Positions 12,651-26,994 of a stretch of DNA of 64,000 nucleotides are shown here, piece after piece. Made by a program: the position numbers and the translations under genes. This DNA is from Lingula anatina (lineage: Eukaryota > Animalia > Brachiopoda): assembly GCA_051362555.1 (NCBI GenBank), contig CM120648.1:5948587-6012586 (forward strand). The letters are read 5' to 3'. Within the stretch, counting starts at the first letter, position 1, and the number at the start of each line of letters is the position of its first letter. The notes under the pieces were generated by a model. It worked only from the letters and a program-made list of their open reading frames with translations, was not told where the DNA came from and made no database searches.

Positions 12651-14579
12651 AATATGTCGCAATATTATATTTTGTATTTAGGAGCGTGACTTATATACAA
12701 GTACAACAAAAACTGGATTATAAAAATGTCAAACTGGAAATATATTTCTGCGAGTATTCTAGTCGGTAGCATATTGTGAGCTATTTGTGGAGATTCATTA
12801 ATTGCAGATTAACATACTTAACACTTAAGGGACCGGTCTTTATTTAAGTCAGAAGGGGCGGGGGTGGGGGGTGAAAGCGAAAATACCTGTTATCCAAACA
12901 AATGAAATTTGAGATCACCCCTGATAGCTGTCAAGTTTTTATCTGCCTCCCCCCTTCCAGATTCATTGAAAAATTCAAGGCTCCCTCAATAAAAAAAACA
13001 TACAATCAGAGAAAAAAGTTATATTTTGAACTTTGCTTGTATGGCAAGTCACAAAAAAAATTTCACAAGCCCCACTCTCATCTCTCACATTCAAATTTCA
13101 AAACTCGTTACTTTTGCTTAAGAATTTCCAGCCCAGCCACCCCTCCATTTTCTCACTTAACACCCCCTCCAACTTTAATAATGACCGGTGTTCAACACTT
13201 GGAATTCCCTCAATAAAAACATACGATCAGAGAAACTGAAGACTTGAGCATTGCTTTTGCCATCTATCAAGAAAAATAGTTGCAAATCTTTCATTCTCGT
13301 TATTTCATGTGATGGTATTCTATGTTGTTTGATTTACATATAATACGTACCATACAGTCGAACCACAGCCATTATCATGTTGTTGTTTTAATGAACAACC
13401 AATATTTAATTAACTTTGTTTATAGTTGTCTTTTTTATATTTCAATAATTCTGACTACCTACGTCCAACAAAAAAAGGCTGAACTATTTTGAACAAATTA
13501 CCAATGTATCACACTTAGATTCAGATCTACTTTATAAATAGTTCGTCGGACCAGGGAATTATATCGGACGTCACGTAATTGTGTTAGGTGTGACTAGAAC
13601 ATCTCTGTTGTGTTAGTTGAGACGAGGTTTAGAACTCTGTGAATATAGTTTTTCCTACTGGCTAGGTCACTAAGATCTAACGAAGAAAAGCGTGTTTGAC
13701 AAAATTTTCACATCGAGCACACTGGGCATCCGTTCTGTCATAGACAATGACAAAAAATCATTCCTTTTTCATCTTGAGGGTGATATGAAGAGAAACTGGG
13801 GGACCTACATGTTCAGGGGGCACTCGTGCCGTAGAGTCTGTATCCGTATCCTTCCTAATATAGCACGTGTGGGTGCCATGCATTTGCACCTTTACGAAAG
13901 TTCCACTATCTTGTAGGGTGTACGCGTCAAGTAAGTAAAATAAAATTCCTTTTTATATATCCTTGGCGTAATCTAACACTCATAAAGTTAGTGCAGTTAG
14001 TTACACCAAAAGATTTAATTGTCCTGCCCCTGCTGGGAAAGCGAGTGGTAGGCGGGATTCCATTACATTTTCGTTATGCGGCTTGCTTTCAAGTGCACGA
14101 AATATTTTATCCTCGTACTAGTTAGTCAGCGGATCAACTGGTTGTGAATGATCCAAATAGCGACATAATGGAAACAAAGGACTAGTAGGGAGAAAATCTG
14201 TCCGACTGAAATTTCAAAAATCTGATAAAACTTTTTTATTCTTATTTTGCTGGTTTCATAGATTGACCAGATTCATGAAGTTCACGTTTTAATTGTGTTT
14301 AAAACAGATACTAGTTCTCCGGGTGAAGACATATCTAGTACTTTTAAAATAGATAAATTTATCGCAACCTTGGCGTGAATTCATCTGAGGCGTCATTCAA
14401 GTAGCCACAGTTATTGTGTGCGTCATCAGTTATGATGATAACGTCATCAATGATGATGATATAAAAGTCCAAAAAACTTGGAACAACACTTCACTCGCCA
14501 GTTGACAAACTAATCGATAGTCGATCTCTGCTCCCTCAACCTGACTGCCGACGTGAAAAGGTTGACTTGAAAAGACAAG

Positions 14580-16710
14580 ATGAAGACTCTGGCAATTCTG
14601 ATCGCGATGGCGGCAACACTGGCAACTTGTAAGTCTGAAGCGATGAATGAGTTTAAATTATTAAGAGAAAAACTGTATTTGAATATCTATAAATTTTCAC
14701 TCTCCCCTTCTCGCTGTATGCAATAGTGTTGCATATGCAGTATGTATTGTGAGTGTGAGCGCGCACGTGCGTGCGCCCATTTAATACTTAGGTATGCGGC
14801 TTTATGTATGTGGGCGTGTGCTCGTGCGTACTGTTCGGTAAATGATTATTAAACAAGAGAGGCATCTCCAAACCATTTTACTAACAATTGGCTTACATTG
14901 ATTTTAAGGCATTCATACTTAAACATATTGAATGTGGAGCTACTAAAAGAGAAGGAAAATTGTTTTACATGTTTTGTGATCCACCAGTTTCGCTTTGCAG
15001 AAATTTATGATAATATGTCTAGATATATATTACATGTATGTATAACACAAGTAGTTTAGAGGGCCTGTAACATGAAACATCTAAGTGCTCAATAAATTTT
15101 TATTATTATATGGATAAGGGGTGGTATTTATACTACCAGGTCTTATCTTTTAGACGCAAGGGCCCTGTGCCTGACAAATTAAACATCAAACTTTTTAGGG
15201 GATACTATGCCTCACGACGACTGGATGTTAATGCTACCTTATATTAGGGAAACATACAATGTAAGCTTCGTGCATTTTATTTATATAAAGAAATCTGCAT
15301 AAGTAAAGTTTTCTAACTCATCATCATTTTACTCAAATGCTGGGGTCATGACATTCGATGCATTATCCACCTCATGTAAATGGCTCCAACTTCTCGCCTT
15401 GTTTAGATTTGATGATACTAGAGATACCCTGGGTCTATCTGGCGTAAATAGCAGTCAAGTTCTTTAAAGAACAGAGATAATGCCCCGGGGCCGGTTGCAC
15501 GAAGGGGGCGTAATATTGACCCAAGTTACTCCACTGTAAAACGAAACGCCTGAGGAAGGCCAGTTGTGCCAAACTGGAGAAGCCTTATGTTAGTCGTGAA
15601 AGTAGTATTATGCTAATTTAAGCCTGCCATGTAGGTGGCAAATGTCGGTCGTTTTTCAAAAGGCTTAACTGGCGCATTGAGAGTGCGGTGAAAGTTATCG
15701 AAGAGCTTTAGAATATGATAAAATTGAGTCTAACTGGCCTATACAAGGACCATCCCGGTCTCCTTTCTCTCTAACATCTTTTCAATTAGTCCTTCATTAA
15801 ATTTGAACCAAGCATTAAAATATATTTTGAATTCACTTTAAAATTTATAAAGAGACCCCTCGGAATCTGTGGACAATTTTATTTTTCTCTGTCAACGAAA
15901 TGAAGGGGAGCACAATAGCTGGGGGGAAAGTTCACAAGCCGAAGGGTATCTACGCATGTACGACTTTGTCTCATTGTTTTTTTTTCCCTCTACCTGGGTT
16001 TCATGAAGAACTTGTCACCGGGAAAGATGAAATTTTCCTGCAATCACAGAAACCTTGAGTAATGACCCCCCCTGCAATTCTCATTTTCTACAATTCTTAT
16101 ATTTGACATTTATTCTTCAGGTGATGCCCTAAGGTGCTTCAGCTGCAGCAGTTCTAAGGAAGAGTCTTGCGGAGAGTCTTTTAGAGCCAGTAGTACCATT
16201 GGCTGTGACACCGCGTGCTTCAAGAGGATAAGCACAGTGAACGTTCTCATAGGTATAGCATAAACATATAGTTTTATCACTCTAAGATAATATATAACTG
16301 TACTGCCCGGTTGAAAGAGAGCTTATGGAATATTTGAGGAAATAAATGATAAATTTATTTTACTTAATTGTAAATGTGCCTTTCATTGTATGTGTCTGTC
16401 TGTCTATTTAATTATCTTCAGTAACTTGTTTTATTTACCTAATTCTTTATTGATAAATGGATTCGTTGAATTATTTTTTGATCTACTATCTCAACCAGGG
16501 TCTGTCATAACGTACTCGAGAGGCTGCCACGGCACAAATCCATATTCCATGACCTGCGACAAGATTGGTGGTGGAATTGCCGGAATCGGCGCAGATGAGG
16601 AGAAATGCTACTGCAGCACCGATTTGTGCAACTCCGCCTCAAACCTGCTGCCCTCTATCGTCCAGATCGTCATGGTCGTGGCTGCTGCTTTTTTCTTCCA
16701 GAAGTTTTAG
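14580..16710 (+). CDS. Ly6/uPAR three-finger protein B; exons 14580-14628, 16121-16252, 16499-16710
   Basis: Recent duplicate of A: ...CDALRCFSCSSSKEESCGESFRASSTIGCDTACFKRISTVNVLIGSVITYSRGCHGTNPYSMTCDKIGGGIAGIGADEEKCYCSTDLCNSASNLL...; splice sites intact. Confidence 0.92.
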
Positions 16711-18270
16711 AATGTGTCGCAATATTATATTTTGTATTTAGGAGCGTGACTTATATACAAGTACAACAAAAACTGGATTATAAAAATGTCAAACTGGAAA
16801 TATATTTCTGCGAGTATTCTAGTCGGTAGCATATTGTGAGCTATTTGTGGAGATTCATTAATTGCAGATTAACATACTTAACACTTAAGGGACCGGTCTT
16901 TATTTAAGTCAGAAGGGGCGGGGGTGGGGGGTGAAAGCGAAAATACCTGTTATCCAAACAAATAAAATTTGAGATCACCCCTGATAGCTGTCAAGTTTTT
17001 TTCTGCCCCCCCCCCCCCCCTCCTTGAGGAATATTCCTCAATAAAAAAACATACAATCAGAGAAAAAGTTATATTTTGAACTTTGCTTGTATGGCAAGTC
17101 ACAAAAAATAACTTTTCACAAGACCCCACCCTCATCTGTCACATGCAAATTTCAAATCTCCTTACTTTTGCTTAAAATTTTTTAGCCCAACCACCCTCCA
17201 TTTTCCCCCTTAACACCCCCCTCCAACTTTAATAATGATCGGTGCTCAACACCCTAACTAAAGACGATATAGATGCGAATCGTTCATTCTCGTTATTTCA
17301 TGTGATGGTACTCCATGTTGTTTGATTTACATATAATACGTATTATACAATCGAACCACAGCCATGGTGATGTTGTTTATTTTTAATGAACAACCAATAT
17401 TAAATTAACTTTGCTTATAGCTGTCTTTTTTATATTTCTATAATTTTGACTACCAACGTCCAACAAAAAAAGGCTGAACTATTCTAAACAAATTACCAAT
17501 GCATCACAATTTGATTCAGATCTACTTTATAAATAGTTCGACGGACTGAAGGTAAAGGTGTGTTACACGTCATTGTGCTAGGTGTGACTAGAACATCTCT
17601 ATTGTGTTAGTTGAGACGAGGTTTAGCACTCTGTGAATATAATATTTTCAAACCGGCTAGGTTTTCTCACCAACATCTAACGAAGACAAATGTGTTTTAC
17701 AAAATGGTCACATCGAGCACACTGGACATCTGTTCTGTCACAGAAAATGACGAAAAACTATTCCTTTTTCATCTTGAGGGTGATATGAAGAGAAACTGGG
17801 GGTACTCGCACGCGTAGAGCCCGTGCCCGTACCCTTCCTTACATAGCACGTGTGAGTGCGATGCATTTGCACGTTTACGAAATTTCCACTGTATTGTAGG
17901 GTGTGTGCGTCAAGGAAGTTAAATTAAATTCCTTTTTATATATCTTTGTGATATCTAACACGCATAGTTAGTGCAGTTAGTTACACCAAAAGATTTGATT
18001 GTTCTGTACCTGCTGGTAGGCGGGGAGTCCATTCTGTTTTCGTTAGGGGGTTGTGCGGCTTGCTTTCAAGTGCGCACAATATTTTATCCTCGGACTAGTT
18101 AGTCAGCGGATCAACTGGTTGTGAATGCTTCCAATAGCAACATAATGGAAACAAAGGACTAGTGGGGAGAAAATCTGTCCGACTGAAATTTCAAAAAATC
18201 TGATAAAACTTCTTTATTCTTATTTTGCTGGTCTCAGAGGTTGACCTGGTTTATGAAGTTCATGTTTTAA

Positions 18271-18515
18271 TTGCCATAAAACGTCCGTGTTGCCATGGGA
18301 ACATGGTGTTAACCCTCACTTAACCTGACCACCTGTTAACACCTTAGCTTAGAGGGTGGGGGGAGGGGGGACTGAGATGACGTAAATAGCAGTCAAGTTC
18401 TTTAAAGAACAGAGATAATGTCCCGGGGCGGTTGCACCAAGGGGGCGTAATATTGACCCAAGTTACTCCACTGTAAAACGAAACGCCTGAGGAAGACCAG
18501 TTGCGCCAAACTGGA
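18271..18515 (+). pseudogene. Remnant of an A/B-type copy: upstream flank fused to intron-1 fragments, exons absent
   Basis: The promoter-side flank jumps to sequence matching 10888-10990 and then 15443-15578. Confidence 0.7.
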
Positions 18516-18529
18516 GTAGCGTGTGCGAA

Positions 18530-18746
18530 AGACTGCATTCCCACAGATTTAGATCGATCCATCTGAATCGACTCAACTCCCTGTGGGTTCACGCTAAATT
18601 GCTGTCAGCCGAGTGCGCACGTGAGTAAATTAGCCTCTTACATCTTTTAGTAGGCGGGACAGACATTTAAGCCATCTAAGCTGACAGCGATCTAGTGAGA
18701 CTCCCCACAGGGATAGATCCATCTAAAATCTATGGGAATGCAGTCT
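18530..18746. mobile_element. GATCGATCTA-rich MITE family (Harbinger-like, TTA/TAA flanks); other copies at ~6380-6580, 18838-19190, 19572-19800, 23965-24177, 28760-29008, 46495-46692
   Basis: TIR AGACTGCATTCCCA.AGATTT / AAATCTATGGGAATGCAGTCT; internal sequence is shared among copies in both orientations. Confidence 0.7.
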
Positions 18747-21700
18747 TAGTCATATGTTATTCGTAAACTAGCGCCTGACATTTATATAACATGTATAGGT
18801 GGTGAATGGCGGTCGTTGCTCTTTTTTAAAAACCGACTAAGACTGGGTTCTCATCCCTAGATCGATCTAACAGGTTCGGTCCATCTCCACGGGGTCTCTC
18901 CTAAATTGCTTTCAGCTCAAGTGGCTTAGACGTCTGGGACGCCTACTAAAGCTGCTAAATGATAGTTAATTACCCCTATCAGCTTTAGTAGGCGTGACAA
19001 ACATCTAAGCCTCCCAAGTTAATTGCAAGTAAGCGAGAATCCCCTCGGAGATAGTTCGATCCAAAGTTAGTACGATAGCATCTGGGAATGGTATCTTAGA
19101 CTGGGTTCCCGCGGATTTAGATCGAGCCATGCGGATCGACCTAACTCCCTGAGGGGTTCACGCTGTCAGCTTCCGGGAGCCGAGCGCGCACAATTTTTAT
19201 GTCTTTATTTTATTTTATTTTTTTGAATTTTTTCTTGGATTATTTAACATATTGATTGATATACATTTATTGGACATGTGAAAATCGAAGCACGGGCAGT
19301 ATGATAAGTAGCCTAACTTTAGAAAAGCAATAATACTGACATCTAGCGTAATGATATTTGTCATACCTTAAATATTCTGAAAAGATTTGTCTATCGAACA
19401 TTACTGAGAAAAATATTTGAATATATGAATAAATGACCAATTCATAATAAGTCAACTTAAATTCATATTTACTACAGAAATAGTTTCTACGTAATTGCTT
19501 TAGGTGTGACACCAGCATCACGGCTGTGCTAGTTGAGACGACAAGTAGTGCTGCAGAATAGTTCTTTAATTTTAGACTGGGTTCCCAAGCCTAGAACGAT
19601 CTAACAGGATCGATCTATCTGCGAGGGGTTTCGGCTTAAGCGGCTTAGATGTCTGACACGCCTACTGAAGCTGCTAAACGATCATTAATAACCCCCTAGC
19701 AGCTTCAGTAGGCGAGACAGACATCTAAGCCACTTAGGTTGATCACAATTTCGCGAGAAACCCCTCGGAGATAGATCGATCCACAGTTAGTACGATAGGG
19801 TCCCTTGTATTATATTAATAAAGAGAAGTGGATGGAGCGAGCAGAGAAAGGGACACCTGACAGAACCAGCACACCTGAGGGATGATAGTTGGTAATACCT
19901 TTCACACCCCACATTTCCCTGATGAGATCTGGCTGTCAGCTGACGAACTATTGGTTGATAAATCTCATTTAATTTCTCTTCTATGGCCATTGACAAATGA
20001 AACGTCAGTGGTCTATATTAAAAACACAAAGCTAATAAAACTGTTTAACATTACATTAGTATTATTTGAACAAAACACTTTTAAGACTTCACACACTCGA
20101 TCCATTATCAAGGCGGGTTTAAATTTGATGAAAATTCCATACAATAAGATTGTTTCTATGCTGAATTTAAACGTCTCTCAGTATTTCCGGAGTGCAAAAT
20201 GAACGCCTGAAAGGTAAATATAGCACCTGTCAGTTTTGACAAATGTAAGGCAAAGTAGGGGCTTATCTATCAGTTTTTTTCTTTTTACCACATACTTTCG
20301 TTTCTACATGATTTATGCGTAACACACGGTACCAGTAAAGATATCGATATCACTACCGCGACCCGGTAGTTGCATACTGACAGTAAAGCAGGCCCGTAGC
20401 CAGCAATTTCAAATGGTCTTTTTCTGAAATAGTGGACCTTTAATCGCGAAATTTAAAAAAATTCGACTTTTAATATTGAAGAAAAACTAAAGCGATGTTA
20501 ATTATATAAACAAATTAAAATTTGCGTAAAAGTTTAAATAGTTTAAATACCACCTTTCATAAATATCGAATAAGGTGAAAAAACAAATATACTTATTATC
20601 GTTATTATAATAATAATAAGTACAATATAAAAGATCCAATTCTGCAGCACATGGTATAAGATATCAGACATCACAGAGCGAATATACAAAAAAATTCACT
20701 TACTAATATAAAAATCTAATGGCAACTACCATCATATCATCTAAAAAGAGAAAAAAAATGTTACCAAAAGGTGTACAAGAGAAGCATTGCCTCCATCAAT
20801 ATTGTAAAATTAATTCAACAATGGAAAATACAAACTGGTACCATTGAAAAAGAAGATATATCGCCAATCAGTATTAATGAATCAAACCTGATATATTTTT
20901 AGTTATAAATATATCAAGTACACTGACACACAAAAAGTCTAACTTCTGGGTAAACTTTCCCTAAATGACAAAATGTTTTGTATTTCATGATCTACAATAA
21001 ACATCACATTAAAACAATGGGAAATCACTGCATTTAAATACAACAAGAAAATTGATTACTCATTACAAGCACAATGTTAAAACCTGAGTTTGCAGGAGGC
21101 GGGCTTTTTTGTAAGTTTCATTCAAAACACCGTAGTTAATGTTGTTGACTTCGGGACAAGGCGACGTTCGAGAGGCAAACAGCTATCAACCGTGCGATAG
21201 CCGTCGACTTAAGTATTTTAAAAGCAGACTTCCTCAGTGTACTTGTAAAAGTGTCATATTGTGCTGGACAGCGACCCCCCCCCCCCCCCGCCCCCCAACG
21301 CTGACCCAGCGTGAGAAATGACAAAGAACAGTGATCAAGATCTGACTCAGAGCGGACCTTTTCACGGTAAAAAGGGCGGTTCTTTCGAACCCCCCTGTTA
21401 AAAGGTCACAGTTTGCGTCCGCTGGGAGAACGAATTTTGTGTCACTCCTACAAATAATTTAATTTGTAACAAAAGATGAGACTGCAATAATAAAATTCAC
21501 GCACACTGTTGTTTATGTGAATTTGAGGTTGACCATCGAATATTGTCAAAGGCCAAAATTTGAAGGGGTTTCTGTGGGCAAAAATTTAGCTGCAGTTACC
21601 CGATAAGCCGGGTGCTGTTGAGTCTTTGAATAAGCTTATTTAAGAATTGTTATTGCGATTTTTTCTATGAAGTTTAAGCGTATATATTGTATTGTCATAA

Positions 21701-22088
21701 ATTGTCATTCTAAGAATATTAATGCAATGAATTGCATGAATTATAAATCAAATTATCGTCAGATAATATAGATAAATAAAAACCCATGGAATTCAACGCG
21801 AGGCTCCAATCTAACTCGGCTCATGAAAGACTAGGTTCAGTATTCCAGTCACGCATTTTTAATATTAGCCTAGAAATAATTCTGTCCTGCAGCACAGTAT
21901 ACCGCCACTGGGTCAAGTGCCAGCAAGCGGATATAGGTGCAGCTACACGTTAAGTGTATTTTCGCTCTTATGAAATAGCTAAAATAGCTACCTGTTCACT
22001 CTAATTGGAACCTAAATTATTCAAAATGTTAAAACCTTGGAAATATGAGATTGTAAATGTGTTAAATGGCCACTTGTACAAATTTAAT

Positions 22089-22132
<44 letters not shown>
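22089..22132. repeat. (AAT)n microsatellite; other simple repeats: (TA)n ~29658, (TAA)n ~45000, (TAAA)n ~59785, (TG)n ~61255 and ~62958-63001
   Basis: Read directly from the sequence. Confidence 0.9.
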
Positions 22133-22133
<1 letters not shown>

Positions 22134-22807
22134 TGCTTTACTTGGATCGGAGACCATTTTATTAAAGGTGCGGTCAGTTTTCGTTCAGAGGTACCAGCCC
22201 AAATAGTTAGACAATTGAAGCCAACAAAATAATCATGGGTTTTTATTCTTCGTATTAGGCTATTATTTAATCTGATTTCACCCCTCAAATCTCCCCCTGA
22301 ACGCATGTATTTCACCATGGTGCCCCTCAGTAGCGGTTACACTTACACAGTTGACCCCTGAAAATGACATAATATACCTGAAGTAGACCTTGACGGACAG
22401 ACAAACCAGAAGGTGTGAGACAATATAGTGATAGTGATAGATAGTGGGAAGAAGTGGGAGAGTACCGCAATGTAATTCTATTGGCATTAACAAGGACGTA
22501 AATTTAAATTGACGTTGACGAACATGTGGGGGGTGGGGGAGGACTCCCTGCACACTTCGTATTTTTAGTATTAAAAAAAAAAAAAAAGATAAGTATTTCT
22601 GCTGCATGCCGGGATATAAGCTAATTTTTCCTCCGAAATACATAACTGATATAACTATTTATCATTATATGAATGCCTTAGGAATTTATTCAGTGTATGT
22701 TGAACTTAAAGAAACTTGCCAACTCTACTCGCAAAGACTTTGTACCTTTATTCTTATCTCTTGCAGCAATCGTACATCCTATCTGTGAATCTGGCGCGCC
22801 ATTTCCT

Positions 22808-22821
22808 GTTGCCATAGTTAC
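22808..22821 (+). promoter_or_regulatory. RFX X-box-like motif upstream of gene C (equivalents at 14401, 36447, 48134, 54843, 60193)
   Basis: GTTGCCATAGTTAC / GTAGCCATAGTAAC / TTTGCCATGGTGAC, each ~165-190 bp upstream of the ATG. Confidence 0.5.
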
Positions 22822-22979
22822 CTTGTACGTCACGAAGCATGTTGAACACTTTTCATATTAGAGGGCAAACTTTGACCCACATTCACACACTCGCCAGTTG
22901 CCAATCATAGCGGTCGGTTGTCCCTGCGCCCTGATCTTGCTAACCGTTGTTGGAAAGTAGACTCTCTAGAGGAAACAAT

Positions 22980-25900
22980 ATGAAGACTGTGGCAGTTTTG
23001 ATCGCGATGGCGGCGACTCTGGCAACTTGTAAGTATACAATGATGCATGTGTTACATCAAATTTGATAAGAGAAAATGTGTATATTTCTATCTTTTACTC
23101 CATCTCATTCTGTATGCTGGGTTTCTTTTCCTCCCTCTCACTTTTGCGTGTGAGTCTACTTAATAAATTAACTCACAACATTAGATTACAATGTACGTGC
23201 TTGTGTGAACGCACGTGTGTACATGTATGTGCGCGCGCTTGTGCGCATTCAGAGGCATATGTTCTGGTATTCGTCCATACCAATCTCGAATGAGGGGATG
23301 CTTCCTGAAAAGGAGAAATAATTTGTATTTTTAAGAACCGCGCCTTTGCATAATTTCGTTACAGCGACTTAAAATTGAGAAAAAAAAACACCACATTATG
23401 TGTAATACCACCGCGATGAGGTCGTTGAGTTGTACGTGAAATATTACGAGTTTATTGCCGAGCTGCAGGCAAGACAATACACGAGTAATTTTCAAGTACA
23501 GCTCGTTGACGAGTGTTCTATCTAGCTTAAACCACACGTCTTAGACGTGAACTTTTAACATACCAACGCAATCTTGTTATAATACGATAGCGAAAGAGAT
23601 CAAGAGATTTGGATGATCTTCTGAACAATCCGAAAATATGCAGGCTAGCCCGTAATCAACAATTTCAGAAGCGGATATTTAACCAAAAATAAAAAAAAAC
23701 CTTCATGTGCCTGTATCACATTTTACCCAGAGTGGACCGTTTGCCGGTAAAAGGGTGGTTCGTTCGTACATTCTTCGAGAAAGATTTTGCAGTGAGAATA
23801 CTTGCATACACACGTATACGAAGTATTGCTAAATAGCCTTTCTCTTATGGCGCACCTGGCGTAATTTCAAAGTGGTTTCAATAAAAGACAGTGATCAGAA
23901 AGAAATTACTTCTCTGCGCCCCACCCTTTCTAATCAGGTTATGGAAAAGTGATATCCTTCGGGCGCATTCCCTTAGATTTTAGATCGATCTATCCCCGTG
24001 GGGAGTCTCACTAGATTACTGTCAGATAATCCGGCGTAAATGTCCGTCCCGCCTACTACAAGCTGTAAGGGGGTAATTAACTTTCGTACCCGCTCGGCTG
24101 ACAGCTATTTAGCGTGAACCCCCAGGGAGTTAGGTCGATCTTGTTGGATCGATCTAATCTCTGGGAATGGGGTCTTACACTCCACGTGCCGAAACTGGTC
24201 ATAGTTTAAGATGGCAGAAAATTTACTCTGAAAACGTAGATTTAACATTTGATTTACTAATTCTGTATTTGAAGTAATTTGTTCCTCATATAAGAGATTG
24301 TGCATAACAATTTGAATTTTAATAAAACGCGAATTTTCATTTTAGCTTGAATAAGGGTTTGGGTAGATACTGATTCTTAAAACTGTATTTAAATTAAAGC
24401 CTACTCGACTAAATTGATTTTATTTTTGCGATATTTTGGGCCCAAGTTGAAGTTACTGGAGCAAGGTTGCAGCGAGGCGTGGAATTCGTACATGACGTGC
24501 TGTGTGTCAAATACTGCAGGGCTGAGCCTATTGTTGTACGCGCTAGCCGTGGTTGAAGTTCCCACCAAGCACCTTTTTAACAATCCCCTTGTTTACGCTA
24601 TAACCACAAATAGTAGTCAATATTTCGGTAACTGGATAAAACAGCCGATAAAACGTCTGTGTTGCCCTGGCAATCGTGTGTATACCCTCACTGACCACCT
24701 GTTAACCACTTAGCTCAGGGGGGACTGAGATGGCCAGTTGAAAGCGTCAACATCCTTTAAAACGATAATTTTATCTGAGGCGCATTCCGGCGGTGAGCCT
24801 GGCACCTTTTTTCTCGAAGCATTGCGACATCAGCCCATCCTTCAACTCGTGGACAAAATCACGTTATTATGCCCATCCTACCTCTCTATTGTCCTCCATA
24901 GCTCCCCGTCCCATTGTTAGAACGGATGTATTTCAATACATTTATCCAGACTACACGCACTGTTGCACAGGCCAGATAATGGGGATTGCCTACCCTCTAC
25001 CAGAGCGACAGATAGATTTTTTTTACAGATATTCACAGATATGTCTCTAGATAGATAGGTCAACAGACCAAAATGACCGTCTATCTATCTAGAGACATAG
25101 ATTTTTTACAGATATTCACAGATATGTTTTTGGATAGATAGTCGGTCATTTTGGTCTGTTGACCTATCTATCTAGAGACATATCTGTGAATATCTGCAAA
25201 AAAATCTATCTGTCGCCCTGGTAGAGGGTAGGGAGTGCCTAGGTGGTGTAAAGAATGGTATTACCTTTGCCGAACAGGATATGCTATTGCCTTTATGGTT
25301 TAAAACGTCATGATAAGGCATTTGCAGGATAGGTCTGAAATGAGATGGCTTTAGATTAAGTTTTTGGTGGCAATGCATTAATTATTTTAATTTAAAATAA
25401 ATTGATATTGAGAATGGAGCAGCCTTTGCCGAGGCCAGCTTTCTTTTGGTGCTTTTTAGTTGTGACTTGTACATTTCACAGGTTATTGATCTAAGGTACT
25501 GATTGCGATCTTCATTTTTTTTTTTAATGAAAAAAATCGGTATTAATGAATAATCGTAACGATAACTAAAATGGACAAAAGCACTAGGTAGGTCATGCCT
25601 TGAGCAAAGTAACAAGAAGACCGTTTTTACCTCCGCCAAGGAGGTTATGTTTTACTTATGCAAGCAGATGCTGAATATCAATGTTTTTGTCAAGATACAC
25701 TTTCATAATGAGTATGTTTAATCTCGAAGCCTGAGATATTCATCGTCAATCTCATTTATTAATAATAATTAGTAGAAACGTTCATTGGTAGTAGAACCTA
25801 AGAACGTTTATATTCTCCGTAGATCATTTTTATTTATAGAAAGTGAACAAGGGGGTGTTGGTATTCATCTTTTGACAGCTATTGTCGATAATGGTATGAC

Positions 25901-26994
25901 GGAGACTGACATTTATCTGTTTTAAACATCTGAATAAGAGGAATGGAATGCTTCGGCAAGGGTCAGCCACTATGAATAATTGGCCGACTTTGCTGTACGC
26001 TGTAGGTTATCGCGTTACTTCATGCTGAAAGAAACTATGTAAGGCATCTACCGTACAACAGGTGTCAGGTTAGGTCATTATATATTACACATCCTTTGTG
26101 TTGTACGGAACTACACATTTCAGATGGAAACTGGCTTTTTAAAAAAAAACTGCAATACACAGGCGCATTGTTCACTGTACGGGGAGAAATTGAAATTCGG
26201 GTTTCAACTATCAAAAATAAATATGGGCAACGCACGCGCAACGTTTATAGGGCCTAACTCTTTTTTTTTATCACGTTTATAATACAGTCGACAGTGTAGA
26301 ATCCCAACTCAACTTCACCCCTGAAAAAAAATTAATCAGTGACATCCCAGCGATTTTTCATTTTCCAACAATTTTTACTTTTGACATTTATTCCTAAGGT
26401 GATGCTTTCAACTGCCACGAGTGCAGCAGCCCTAAGAGCGAAGCGTGCGGAGAGACCTTCAGTGCTACTAGCGCCACCACAGTGACCTGTGACACCGCGT
26501 GCTTCAAGGCCGTTACCAAAGTGGAAACCATACTAGGTACAGGCGACAGCCAAATATAAATCATTTTTAAAATTTCTATTATCCGTATTTGTTATGAATA
26601 AAATAATGGATAAAAGACTGATGTGCGTATGAAAATTTGATCTTAATTTATTTACTAATTGATTTTTTAAATAATTTGTCTGCCTCTCATTTTGTCTGTA
26701 TTATTATTTTAGTTATTTATCAATTGAGAAAGTTATTCAATTATTATCCACTATTTATTTATTTATTTATTTTCACCAGGCTCTAGCACAACGTACTCCA
26801 GAGGCTGCTCCACTACTACTCCAAATTCCATGTCCTGCTCCAAAGACAGCGGTGGCATCTCCGGCCTCGCTAGCGGCTCCACCGAGGCTTGCTACTGTAA
26901 CAGTGAATTGTGCAACTCCGCCTCCAACCTGCTGCCCTCTATCGTTCAGATCGTCATGATTGTCGCTGCAGCTCTTTTCTTCCAGAAGTTTTAG
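22980..26994 (+). CDS. Ly6/uPAR three-finger protein C; exons 22980-23028, 26399-26536, 26780-26994
   Basis: MKTVAVLIAMAATLATCDAFNCHECSSPKSEACGETFSATSATTVTCDTACFKAVTKVETILGSSTTYSRGCSTTTPNSMSCSKDSGGISGLASGSTEACYCNSELCNSASNLLPSIVQIVMIVAAALFFQKF; GT-AG phase-1 introns. Confidence 0.92.
24991..25231. mobile_element. Palindromic MITE (related copies at ~5507 and ~60990-61047)
   Basis: TACCCTCTACCAGAGCGACAGATAGATTTT... / ...AAAATCTATCTGTCGCCCTGGTAGAGGGTA; ~95-bp arms. Confidence 0.75.

Larger units (their letters stand above)
6150..18515 (+). repeat. Tandem segmental duplication block of ~4-kb A/B-type units
   Basis: Intergenic sequence recurs at ~7031-8600, 12796-14580 and 16856-18270. Confidence 0.85.

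Noticed and set aside
22001-22318. Poly-Ile ORFs, and similar VC/TH-repeat ORFs at 61163-61454
   Set aside because: Microsatellite translation artefacts.
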